This document shows positions 36,638-45,661 of a stretch of 64,000 nucleotides of DNA, piece after piece. Both the position numbers and the translations under genes were made by a program. The stretch is from assembly GCA_042568575.1 (NCBI GenBank), contig JBHPIO010000002.1, positions 1 through 64,000 of the forward strand, given 5' to 3'. Every line of letters begins with the position of its first letter. Position 1 is the first letter of the stretch. The notes under the pieces were generated by a model. That model was not told the DNA's origin, did no database searches, and saw nothing but the letters and a program-made list of their open reading frames with translations. The DNA comes from Patescibacteria group bacterium (GTDB lineage Bacteria > Patescibacteriota > Gracilibacteria > UBA1369 > PNNO01).

Positions 36638-36921
36638 GTATTTCGCCCTTCTTGTCGAGCAATTAATATATCTTCTGGACTTGGAAAAAGGCCTTGTTCT
36701 TCCATTCTTTCGAATAGGCTTGTGGGAACTCCTTGTTCTACTGCTAAGGATTTTTGAATAAGCTATATTCGTCTCTTGAGTCAAATTCTTCAGCCATATT
36801 TAGGTTTATTATTAATACAAGAGTATATTCTAACGAATTACTTGCTTTTGTCAACCCCTATTGTTAGAATGGCTTCTTCTGGATAAGTTTGATAAAATCA
36901 ACGTGCCTTAATTGCTTTAAA

Positions 36922-37269
36922 ATGCTTGTTACCAAAAAATTCAAATTCGATGCTGCTCACTTTCTCACTAACTATCATGGGAAGTGTGAAAAACTGCATG
37001 GCCATACGTATAAACTGCAGGTTACTGTTGAAGGTGATGTGAAAGAAGACGGCATGGTTATGGATTTTGTTGAACTTAAAAAGATCGTGAATGAGCGTGT
37101 TATCAGCAAGCTTGATCATAGTTCGCTTAACGATACTATTGAGAATCCTTCGGCGGAAAATATTGCTATTTGGATTTGGAATCGACTTAAAGATATTTCT
37201 GAGGCGAAACTGTATGAAGTGAAGGTTTGGGAAACTGCTACGTCTTTTGTTACTTATCGTGGAGAATAA
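36922..37269 (+). CDS. queD: 6-pyruvoyl/6-carboxy-tetrahydropterin synthase (QueD/PTPS), CExxHGH type
   Basis: FDAAH, CEKLHGH, LDH..LN, PSAEN, VWET; start MLVTK at 36922. Confidence 0.9.
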   Translation: MLVTKKFKFDAAHFLTNYHGKCEKLHGHTYKLQVTVEGDVKEDGMVMDFVELKKIVNERVISKLDHSSLNDTIENPSAENIAIWIWNRLKDISEAKLYEVKVWETATSFVTYRGE

Positions 37270-37815
37270 ATGAAGGAAATCGAACGCAAAATTTTTGATA
37301 TCAATCCGCAGGAAGTTGCTCAGAAACTTCTTGATCTTGGCGCGGAAAAAACTTTCTCTGGTCTTGTGAAAGTTCGTTATTTTGATACCGTTGATTCTAA
37401 AATCAGAAATCAGGGTGATCTTCTTCGTGTCCGCCAGTTTGAAGGTGCTCATGTGGAAGTCGTTTATAAGACCAATAAGCAAATCGAAGACGGATGCAAA
37501 ATTTATGATGAATACACTCTTAAAGGCGAGTCATTCGAGGACGCTACAAAGCTTTTTGAAAATCTTGGTTTTGCAGTTTGTTGTACATATGAAAAAACTC
37601 GAACCATTTTCAAACTAGAAAATGCAGAAGTTGTGATTGATGAGTATCCTAAAATGGATCCGTTTGTTGAAGTTGAAGCAGGTGATGCGAAAACGATCGA
37701 TGAAATCGTTAGTCGGCTTGGTTTAACAGAGAACGAAAGTTCATGTGAGACGATTAACGAACTTATTAAACGGAAATATCCTGATTTAGATCTTAATAAT
37801 CTGACGTTTGAGTAA
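37270..37815 (+). CDS. CYTH domain protein (triphosphate tunnel metalloenzyme)
   Basis: EIERK N-terminal motif, YFD, LRVR, EK.R, EVE. Confidence 0.85.
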   Translation: MKEIERKIFDINPQEVAQKLLDLGAEKTFSGLVKVRYFDTVDSKIRNQGDLLRVRQFEGAHVEVVYKTNKQIEDGCKIYDEYTLKGESFEDATKLFENLGFAVCCTYEKTRTIFKLENAEVVIDEYPKMDPFVEVEAGDAKTIDEIVSRLGLTENESSCETINELIKRKYPDLDLNNLTFE

Positions 37816-38296
37816 AACAGCATATCTGTCGCTTGGATCGAATATTGGAAGACGGTCGTCTAATCTAAAAAAAGCCCTTAAGCTCATTGAGGAGTGTGGA
37901 ATCGTCGTATCAAAAAAATCGAAATTTTACGAAACCGTGGCCGTATCGAAAATTAAACAAAGGAATTTTGTGAACATGTGTGTGGAAATCAAAACAACTG
38001 TCTCTCCGCAGAAACTCCTCCAAATTTGCCAAATGATCGAACGTGAAATGGGCCGAGACAGGAAGTCACCAAAAAAGGAAGGCTATGAAAAACCGCGAAT
38101 TATAGACATCGACATCATTATTTACGAAAAAGAAAAAATCAATCAGCGAAATTTGAAAGTTCCACATCCGAAAATGCACGAGAGACGTTTTGTTTTAGAG
38201 CCTTTAAATGAGATTGCACCGCACTTAGTGCATCCCGTGCAACAGAAAACAATCAAGCAACTATTGAATGCACTGCAAAGTACCAGTATATTCTAG
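37808..38296 (+). CDS. folK: 6-hydroxymethyl-dihydropterin pyrophosphokinase
   Basis: LSLGSN, PRIIDIDI, VPHP.M.ER.FVL.PL. Confidence 0.95.
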   Translation: MSKTAYLSLGSNIGRRSSNLKKALKLIEECGIVVSKKSKFYETVAVSKIKQRNFVNMCVEIKTTVSPQKLLQICQMIEREMGRDRKSPKKEGYEKPRIIDIDIIIYEKEKINQRNLKVPHPKMHERRFVLEPLNEIAPHLVHPVQQKTIKQLLNALQSTSIF

Positions 38297-38298
38297 CC

Positions 38299-39144
38299 AT
38301 GAGAGATCCACAGAAACTTCACAACAAGGCGACACAGCTTCGCATAGACTGCTTGAAATGCATACATAAAGCGGCTTCTGGCCATACAGGAGGCAGCCTT
38401 TCTGCAATGGATATTTTGACTGCGCTTTATTACGGAGAGATTCATGGTAAGCCAATTATGAAATACGATCCGCATAAACCAGGATGGGAAGGTCAGGATT
38501 ATTTTATTATGTCGAAAGGACATGCTGCTCCTGCGCTTTACACAGTCCTTGCTGATCTTGGATTTTTTGATAAAAGCGAGTTGGATTATTTACGGCAGGT
38601 TAACGCTATGCTTCAGGGTCATCCTATTTTAAAAATTCCGGGAGTAACGATGACGACAGGTTCACTTGGACAGGGTTTTGCTGCTGCTCACGGTCTTGCG
38701 CTTGCTCTTAAAATGGATCGCGCGAAGAATCGGGTGTTTACCTTGCTTGGAGACGGAGAGCTTCAGGAGGGGATTGTATGGGAGACAGCGATGTCGGCTG
38801 CGCACTTTAAGTCAGACAATTTAATTGCATTTGTTGATAATAACGAACTTCAGATTGATGGTTTTACGAGAAGCATTATGAACGTTGAACCGATCACGGA
38901 TAAATTTGAGAGTTTTGGATGGAAGGTTATTCCTGTTAAAAACGGGCATGATTTTGAAGAGATTCTTGATGCGATTGATCGCGCACTTATAACTACCCGC
39001 AAACCTACTGCTATTGTTTGTAGCACTATTAAAGGAAAGGGTGTCACTTTTGCTGAAAGGAACGGAAGTTATCATGGTGTTGCTTTGAGTAAGGAAGAGA
39101 TGGAGGAAGCAATCCCGGCACTAGAAAGGCAAATTAAAGAATAA
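38299..39144 (+). CDS. tkt: Transketolase, N-terminal (TPP-binding) subunit
   Basis: SGHTGGS, SKGH, GSLGQG, GDGELQEG. Confidence 0.93.
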   Translation: MRDPQKLHNKATQLRIDCLKCIHKAASGHTGGSLSAMDILTALYYGEIHGKPIMKYDPHKPGWEGQDYFIMSKGHAAPALYTVLADLGFFDKSELDYLRQVNAMLQGHPILKIPGVTMTTGSLGQGFAAAHGLALALKMDRAKNRVFTLLGDGELQEGIVWETAMSAAHFKSDNLIAFVDNNELQIDGFTRSIMNVEPITDKFESFGWKVIPVKNGHDFEEILDAIDRALITTRKPTAIVCSTIKGKGVTFAERNGSYHGVALSKEEMEEAIPALERQIKE

Positions 39145-39153
39145 GCCAATCTT

Positions 39154-39633
39154 ATGAAAGAATTTTTTACATTCATTTTCAGTTTCTGGTTGATGTCTCC
39201 GTTTACTATTTCCGGAGAGTCTATGGAGCCGATGCTTTCACACGATGATGTTATTATGATTGAAAATTACGCATACGTTGATGAAAGCCCTGAGCGTTAC
39301 GATGTGATTGTTTTTGAAGGAACTGACGAACCTGGCAAACATTTTGTGAAAAGAATTATTGGTTTGCCTGGTGAAACTATCACTATGAAGGAGGATGTTG
39401 TTTATATTGAAGAGGATGGAGAGCTCATCGAGCTTGACGAACCTTATATATGGCGCAATAAAAATGAAGTTTATTCATTACGGAAAATTGATGGCACATC
39501 TTATCAGGTTCCGGGTGGAAAATACTTTGTTTTAGGCGATAACAGGGATTCCAGCTATGACTCCAGGACGTGGAAAGACCCGTTTATTCCAAAAGAAAAT
39601 ATTGAAGGAAAGTACAGTTATACGCTATTCTAA
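39154..39633 (+). CDS. lepB: Signal peptidase I
   Basis: SMEP, VKRIIGLPG, GDNR..S.DSR. Confidence 0.9.
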   Translation: MKEFFTFIFSFWLMSPFTISGESMEPMLSHDDVIMIENYAYVDESPERYDVIVFEGTDEPGKHFVKRIIGLPGETITMKEDVVYIEEDGELIELDEPYIWRNKNEVYSLRKIDGTSYQVPGGKYFVLGDNRDSSYDSRTWKDPFIPKENIEGKYSYTLF

Positions 39634-39659
39634 TCTCCTAACTTTTTAACGATTAATAT

Positions 39660-40118
39660 ATGAAACTTACAAATACGCTTCTTATCGGGGTACTTTTGAT
39701 TGCGATGTTTGCTTTAACAGGTTGTTTTAGCTTTAATGATGGCACAAAAGAGCTGGTCCTAAATACGTCTGATGGCGTTCACACTTACACAGTTGAGATC
39801 GCTGATTCTACAGAAGAACGCAAACAAGGATTACAGGAAAGAGAAAAACTGGAAGAGAATACTGGTATGTTTTTTGTATACGAAGAGCCAAATCCAAAAA
39901 TGGCTTTCTGGATGCCTAATATGAAGATTTCTCTTGATATGATTTTCTTCGACAAAGACATGAAGGTTGTGGATTATTTTCAGGAAGTTCCTCCATGCGA
40001 ATCTGAATCATGTGCTCATTACACTCCGAAAGTTGTTTCTCAATATGTTCTTGAAGTAAATGCAGGAACTGTTGATGAAATCGGATTGGATATTGGTGAT
40101 GTTGGGGAGCTTAAGTAG
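39660..40118 (+). CDS. DUF192 family lipoprotein
   Basis: VEIAD..ER..GL..R, GMFF, FWM.NM...LDMIF, VLEVNAG. Confidence 0.88.
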   Translation: MKLTNTLLIGVLLIAMFALTGCFSFNDGTKELVLNTSDGVHTYTVEIADSTEERKQGLQEREKLEENTGMFFVYEEPNPKMAFWMPNMKISLDMIFFDKDMKVVDYFQEVPPCESESCAHYTPKVVSQYVLEVNAGTVDEIGLDIGDVGELK

Positions 40119-40161
40119 AGGGTATCTTGCCTCTAGCCGAAAATAATGATAATAGTGAGTT

Positions 40162-41121
40162 ATGCATTTTGATACGAATGAAAAGATAGCGACCAGGGTT
40201 GCGTTTGGTGAAGCGATTGCCAAGTTTGGTGGTCGTCATAAAAACGTTGCAGTTTTAGATGCCGATCTTGCTGGATCTCTTAAGACTGGGAAATTTTCGA
40301 ATCTTTATCCGGATCGTCATTTTAATTTTGGAATCGCAGAAGCAAATATGGTGAATGCTGCTGCGGGTATGGCGCTGCGTGGAAAAGTTCCTTTTGCATG
40401 TTCGTTTGCGGTGTTTGTAACAGGACGTCCGTGGGAACATATTCGAAACAGCATTTGTTATCCAAATTTGAATGTGAAAATTGTTGGATCGCACGCGGGA
40501 GTTTTGACAGGTGAAGATGGTGCGACACATCAGGCGCTGGAAGATATAGCTATAATGAGAGCGATTCCAAATATGAAGGTTATTTGTCCTGCTGATGCGG
40601 TTGAAACATATCTGGCGATTGAAGAGATTATTAAAGATTTTGGGCCGACTTATATTAGACTCGGGCGTGCTGGCGTTCCAGTTATTTACGGAAAGGATCA
40701 TAAATTTAGAATTGGCTTTGGAGATATGCTGACTTTTGGTGAAGATATTGCGTTGATTGCTACTGGCACGATGGTTTCTATGTGTCTTGAAGCAGCAAAA
40801 ATGCTTGAACAACAGGATGGAATCCGAGTTATGGTGGTGAACATTTCAACAATCAAACCAATCGACGAAAAACTTGTAATAGATGCGGCAAGTAAAACCA
40901 AAATGGTTGTAACTGCGGAGGATCATAATATTACTGGAGGTCTTGGAAGTGCTGTTATGGAAGTCCTTTCAGAGCATCATCCAAAGAAAGTTCACAGAAT
41001 CGGAATGGATCGATTTGGAGAATCTGGAAAACCTTCCGACTTATACAAAAAATTCGGCCTGGATGCACAGGGCGTATATGAAAATGTTCTAGCGCAATGG
41101 AAAAATCAAATGAAAGACTAG
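40162..41121 (+). CDS. tkt: Transketolase, C-terminal subunit
   Basis: DADL..S, GIAEANM, GEDGATHQ, EDH...GGLGS. Confidence 0.93.
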   Translation: MHFDTNEKIATRVAFGEAIAKFGGRHKNVAVLDADLAGSLKTGKFSNLYPDRHFNFGIAEANMVNAAAGMALRGKVPFACSFAVFVTGRPWEHIRNSICYPNLNVKIVGSHAGVLTGEDGATHQALEDIAIMRAIPNMKVICPADAVETYLAIEEIIKDFGPTYIRLGRAGVPVIYGKDHKFRIGFGDMLTFGEDIALIATGTMVSMCLEAAKMLEQQDGIRVMVVNISTIKPIDEKLVIDAASKTKMVVTAEDHNITGGLGSAVMEVLSEHHPKKVHRIGMDRFGESGKPSDLYKKFGLDAQGVYENVLAQWKNQMKD

Positions 41122-41663
41122 TCTAGTTCTGCTGGATGTTTAATAATAATGCTTGGCTTTTTTTTGCCAATGGCGTCATTAACAACAACAGAAATTGTTT
41201 TCCTTACTTCGTTAACTTCCGGGTTGTTTGCGATTGGGAGGCTGTTTAAATCGTGGCATGGATCATATTTACATAGAAATTCTGCATACGAAACTCTTAT
41301 TTCTTTTCCACGATTCACAATACTTTTTAGTAGAACTCCTTCGCTATTGGCATCTTCTTTGGCAACGGCAAAAACTTCTCTCGAGCGTCTATCTTGAACC
41401 CATGGAATTCTTTGTATACGCTCAACAAAAGCCTTGTTTTTGGTTGGATCAAACAGTTTAAAGGCAAGATTTAATGCGGTAAAGTTATAAGGATTTATTT
41501 CTCCAGTTTCAACATCCTTTACGTCCACACCTTCATCATCAATACAAGTTATAACAAATAACCGCCCCTTCGTATCCTCCAAAATAGGAGTCTGCTTAGG
41601 AGTTTGCCACTGCAATGCTTCTATAACTGATGATCCCGAATTGTCAGAGCCTTCTTCAAACAT
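41118..41663 (-). CDS. Hypothetical protein
   Basis: 181-aa ORF, native-like codon usage. Confidence 0.6.
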   Translation of the reverse strand: MFEEGSDNSGSSVIEALQWQTPKQTPILEDTKGRLFVITCIDDEGVDVKDVETGEINPYNFTALNLAFKLFDPTKNKAFVERIQRIPWVQDRRSREVFAVAKEDANSEGVLLKSIVNRGKEIRVSYAEFLCKYDPCHDLNSLPIANNPEVNEVRKTISVVVNDAIGKKKPSIIIKHPAELD

Positions 41664-41665
41664 AT

Positions 41666-42040
41666 TTATTGGGAGTAGTTAAATATTTGATCAGGGTATC
41701 TTTCAACAATTCTACTGGTAACTTGATCAAGTGCTGCTCGCTTTGCTTGTTGCCTGATAAAGTTCTGTACTGCTTTATGGAAATCATAAATAGGCATGCT
41801 CGATTCTCTTCCTTGTGAATCCCTAAGGTATATTTGTTCGTGAGTTCCACCAAATGCAACAATACCTCGTGCTTCAAGCATTTCTGCGGCAGGACCTTCT
41901 AATTTAAGTTGTGGTTTTTCAGTTCGCTTTGGCCCAACTGCTTTACTTACTATCCTGGATAGCGACTGCCCTTCTGGAAGCCTTACAGGTTTAGTTCTTA
42001 AGTTTATTTGCCCTAATGGATCATATTCGTTTGGACGCAT
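41666..42040 (-). CDS. Hypothetical protein
   Basis: 124-aa ORF; TTGACA box upstream at about 42100 (minus). Confidence 0.6.
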   Translation of the reverse strand: MRPNEYDPLGQINLRTKPVRLPEGQSLSRIVSKAVGPKRTEKPQLKLEGPAAEMLEARGIVAFGGTHEQIYLRDSQGRESSMPIYDFHKAVQNFIRQQAKRAALDQVTSRIVERYPDQIFNYSQ

Positions 42041-42181
42041 AGTTAATTGAGTTAAAAATTAATACGAGTGATTAATTTAACCTAATTTCGCCAATATGTC
42101 AACCCGTTTTTAGAGAGATTCGATTACGAACATCCGTTGCACTCTCTATAATAAAACTACTAAACTTCACTAATTGTTACT

Positions 42182-43129
42182 ATGGCACATCATCCTTTAA
42201 AAGTTTTTACAGGGACATCTCACCCAAAACTGGCAGAAGAGATTGCGAAAAACTTGAAGATTAAGCTTTCGCCAATGCACATTTCTCGTTTTGCTTGTGG
42301 GGAAATTTACGCAAAGCCGGGAGTGACTGTTCGTGGATGCGATATCTTTCTTGTTCAAACAGCGACTCAAAATGTTAACGAAGATTTGATGGAACTTTTT
42401 GTGATGCTGGATGCATTCAAAAGGTCGTTTGCGAACAACATCCATGTGGTAATGCCTCATTATGGATATGCAAGGCAAGATCGTGTTGCAACTCCTCGTG
42501 AACCGATTTCAGCAAAGCTTATGGCTGACTTAATTTCGACTGCAGGTGCGGATCATCTTATTACTTTGTCTCTGCATTCAGACCAAGAGCAGGGATTCTT
42601 TGACTTCCCGGTAGACAATCTTTACACAAAAAAATTCTTTTCAGATTATTTCAAAAAGAAAAAGCTTAAAGATCTTGTGGTTGTTTCTCCTGATGCGGGA
42701 GGTGCAAAAGAGGCGAAAAAATTTGCGGACATGTTAGGAGCTGAACTTGCGATTATCCATAAGGCAAGGCCGAAAGCAAATGTTTCCGAAGTTATTCACC
42801 TCGTGGGTGATGTTGAAAATAAGACATGTATTATTTACGACGACATGATCGATACAGGAGGATCTGTATGCAATGCGGCAAAGTCTTTAAGGGCGCATAA
42901 GGCGAAAAAAGATATTTACCTTGCTGCCACTCATCCAGTTTTCTCTAATCCGGCAGCGGAAAGACTTGCCAAGATTGGATTCAAGGAAGTTGTTGTAACA
43001 AATTCAATTCCGGTGCCGAAAGAAAAACAGTTCAAAGGTCTTAAAGTGTTATCGGTGGCGCCATTAATGGCAAAAATCATCAAAAATGTTTACTCGGCAA
43101 AATCTGTATCAACTGTATTTACTCCTTAA
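42182..43129 (+). CDS. prs: Ribose-phosphate pyrophosphokinase
   Basis: YARQDR, VVSPDAGG, DDMIDTGGS. Confidence 0.96.
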   Translation: MAHHPLKVFTGTSHPKLAEEIAKNLKIKLSPMHISRFACGEIYAKPGVTVRGCDIFLVQTATQNVNEDLMELFVMLDAFKRSFANNIHVVMPHYGYARQDRVATPREPISAKLMADLISTAGADHLITLSLHSDQEQGFFDFPVDNLYTKKFFSDYFKKKKLKDLVVVSPDAGGAKEAKKFADMLGAELAIIHKARPKANVSEVIHLVGDVENKTCIIYDDMIDTGGSVCNAAKSLRAHKAKKDIYLAATHPVFSNPAAERLAKIGFKEVVVTNSIPVPKEKQFKGLKVLSVAPLMAKIIKNVYSAKSVSTVFTP

Positions 43130-43142
43130 TCTAAAGTAATTC

Positions 43143-43577
43143 ATGGAAATTTATATCGGATCTGATCACGCAGGCTACAAATTAAAGCAGGCAGTAAAAA
43201 AACATCTTGAAGAAAGAGAGGTAAAAGTAACTGATCTTGGTTCTTTTAATGGTGAAGAGTCGGTGGATTATCCTGACATCGCGCGGGAGGTTGTGGAAAA
43301 AGTTTTAGAATATCCTGGAACATTTGGAATTATGATTTGTGGAACTGGTCAAGGTAGCGCGATGATGGCAAATCGTCATAAAGGAATTCGGGCCGCTTTG
43401 TGTACAAGCGAAGAATTAGCTGAAATGGCTAAAAGGCATAATCATGCAAACATGCTTTGTCTTGGGGAAAGAACTACGGAAGAGGGTCTTGCTCTTAAGA
43501 TCGTAGATAAATTCTTGGACACACCTGTTGATCCAGATGAAAGACACAAAAGACGTGTTGATAAATTTGACACATAA
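43143..43577 (+). CDS. rpiB: Ribose-5-phosphate isomerase B
   Basis: GSDHAG, DYPD, CGTGQG, RH.RRV. Confidence 0.95.
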   Translation: MEIYIGSDHAGYKLKQAVKKHLEEREVKVTDLGSFNGEESVDYPDIAREVVEKVLEYPGTFGIMICGTGQGSAMMANRHKGIRAALCTSEELAEMAKRHNHANMLCLGERTTEEGLALKIVDKFLDTPVDPDERHKRRVDKFDT

Positions 43578-43580
43578 ACT

Positions 43581-44207
43581 ATGGAAATTAAAGTAGCACC
43601 ATCAATTCTATCTGCCGATTTTGGTAGGTTAAACGAGGATATTGCCACTGTGGATGAATATTGCGATTACATTCATGTTGATGTGATGGACGGTCACTTT
43701 GTGCCCAACTTAACTTTTGGTGCACCGGTTGCTAAATACATTAAAAGCAAAAAGCCTTTGGATGTTCATTTGATGATTGAAAATCCTGAAAAATATATTG
43801 AGGATTTTGCGAAAGCGGGAACGGATGTATTAACCGTACATTACGAAGCCGCGCATGATTTGGATGGAACGCTTGCGGAAATCAAAAAACACGGGATGAA
43901 GGCTGGGGCTTCAATTAAACCTGCAACTCCTGTTGAAGTTTTGGATCCATATTTAAAAGATCTTGATTGGGTGCTGATTATGTCTGTTGAGCCAGGATTT
44001 GGAGGGCAATCATTTATGCCAAATGCTCTTGGGAAAATTAGCTGGCTTCGCGAACAAGCTCCAGGTTTGGACATCGCAGTCGATGGAGGAATTACCGATA
44101 AAACAGGGAAAGAGTGCGTTGACGCGGGTGCGAACATTCTAATCGCCGGTTCTTACATTTTTAAGGCAGATGATAGAATCGCTGCAATTAAAAGTTTGAA
44201 AGGTTAA
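43581..44207 (+). CDS. rpe: Ribulose-phosphate 3-epimerase
   Basis: PSILSADF, HVDVMDGHFVPN, MSV.PGFGGQ, VDGG. Confidence 0.96.
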   Translation: MEIKVAPSILSADFGRLNEDIATVDEYCDYIHVDVMDGHFVPNLTFGAPVAKYIKSKKPLDVHLMIENPEKYIEDFAKAGTDVLTVHYEAAHDLDGTLAEIKKHGMKAGASIKPATPVEVLDPYLKDLDWVLIMSVEPGFGGQSFMPNALGKISWLREQAPGLDIAVDGGITDKTGKECVDAGANILIAGSYIFKADDRIAAIKSLKG

Positions 44208-45004
44208 CTTTCGTGAGCCTTCTTAATTAGCTCAAGAAGTTTTTCGTGCAGTTTTGCATTGCTTGAAACGATAGATTTAACCGGGATTTTTGTAAGATCA
44301 AGCGGTTTGTTCTCGTCGTCAGTAACTTTTCCGCCGGCCTCTTCAACAATTAAAGATCCCGCAGCAACATCCCACGGCTTCAAACTAAATTCCCAAAAAG
44401 CATCGAACCTTCCGCATGCAACGTAAGCAAGATCAATCGCTGCAGAGCCAAGTCGTCTTAATAAATATCCTTCTTTAATTAGGTGATCAAAAACAATAAG
44501 GTTTTCTTCAACTAACTTTTTGTCAGGTGCAAAACCCGTTGCCATCAATGTCATCTCTTTTCCTTCGGCATCAGTTACGTGAATAGGTTCTCCGTTTAAA
44601 TAAGCTCCTTTTCCTTTCTCGGCCACAAAAAGTTCATCTATATACGGGTTATAAACAACACCAACTTGCACTTCGTTTTTTACAACAAGCGCAATTGAAA
44701 CTGAAAAAATCGGAAGTCTGTGTTTAAAATTAGTTGTTCCATCAAGCGGATCAATAATCCACCAGTAATCGCTATCATGAAGATGCTCGCCCGACTCCTC
44801 CGCAAGAATTGAATGCTCGGGATATTTCGCGGTAATACTATCTATAATCAGCTTTTCTGCCGCTTTATCTGCCTCTGTGGCAATGTCGTTATAGCCTTTG
44901 CGTTCAACTTCGAGAGTTTCTTTGTGAAAATATTCCATCAGGACTGCTCCGGCATTTTTTGCCATTTCGATTGCGTGATTTGTGAACTCTGAAAATTCCG
45001 TCAT
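44204..45004 (-). CDS. suhB: Inositol monophosphatase family protein
   Basis: WIIDPLDGTTNF, RRLGSAA, WDVAAG. Confidence 0.9.
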   Translation of the reverse strand: MTEFSEFTNHAIEMAKNAGAVLMEYFHKETLEVERKGYNDIATEADKAAEKLIIDSITAKYPEHSILAEESGEHLHDSDYWWIIDPLDGTTNFKHRLPIFSVSIALVVKNEVQVGVVYNPYIDELFVAEKGKGAYLNGEPIHVTDAEGKEMTLMATGFAPDKKLVEENLIVFDHLIKEGYLLRRLGSAAIDLAYVACGRFDAFWEFSLKPWDVAAGSLIVEEAGGKVTDDENKPLDLTKIPVKSIVSSNAKLHEKLLELIKKAHES

Positions 45005-45076
45005 AAATTTAAAATTAATATTTTTCTAAAATCATCATATATAAAGTGGAATAAAATTGCGAAAACAAATAGAATC

Positions 45077-45592
45077 ATGGTAATGAAAAATAAGATCAAT
45101 AGTATTGTTTATGTCTCGGCTGGAATACTAATTGGAGCACCTGTATTACTTTTTTTGTGGATCTCTTCAAGTTATCCTCTTGTAGAGGAGGTTGTTGTGA
45201 ACGATGTAGTTGGCGAGATGGCTGCGCCTCTTATTCTATTGGTTTGGTTTTTAGTTATTCAGAAGTTATCAGCGAATCTAAAAATATATCTTCCTTTTAT
45301 CGTGGGCCTGATTTTGTTTTTATTGGGTGCTGTTGTGGATGTTTTGGATGAAATATATCAAATAGGTGATGCTCCTATTCTTCCTCAAGTTGAAAATGTT
45401 GGGATACCGTTTGGGCTTGCTTTTGCGAGCCTTGGGCTTTATTTTTGGGCGAATGAGCTAAAGCAAACCGCCAAAGAATTAACGACTAATAAAAAGAACT
45501 TAGCTAAAAAGAATGCTGAGCTAAAGGAGACAATGGAAGATTTATATGAGTTAAAAACAAATATGGAAAAAGATATTCAGGACTTGGATTAA
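45077..45592 (+). CDS. Membrane protein (4 TM) with C-terminal coiled coil
   Basis: Hydrophobic helices then a heptad-like tail; resembles a sensor input module without an output domain. Confidence 0.6.
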   Translation: MVMKNKINSIVYVSAGILIGAPVLLFLWISSSYPLVEEVVVNDVVGEMAAPLILLVWFLVIQKLSANLKIYLPFIVGLILFLLGAVVDVLDEIYQIGDAPILPQVENVGIPFGLAFASLGLYFWANELKQTAKELTTNKKNLAKKNAELKETMEDLYELKTNMEKDIQDLD

Positions 45593-45661
45593 AAAAAACT
45601 TGCCAAAACAGAAAGTTTCTTATACAATCAAATCCATGTTTCGCAACTTTACAAGAATGCT

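Noticed and set aside
36870-36921. preQ1 riboswitch upstream of queD
   Set aside because: No recognisable preQ1-I stem, loop consensus or A-rich tail
37270-37815. Class IV adenylate cyclase function
   Set aside because: The CYTH fold alone does not imply cyclase activity; the folate context favours a triphosphatase
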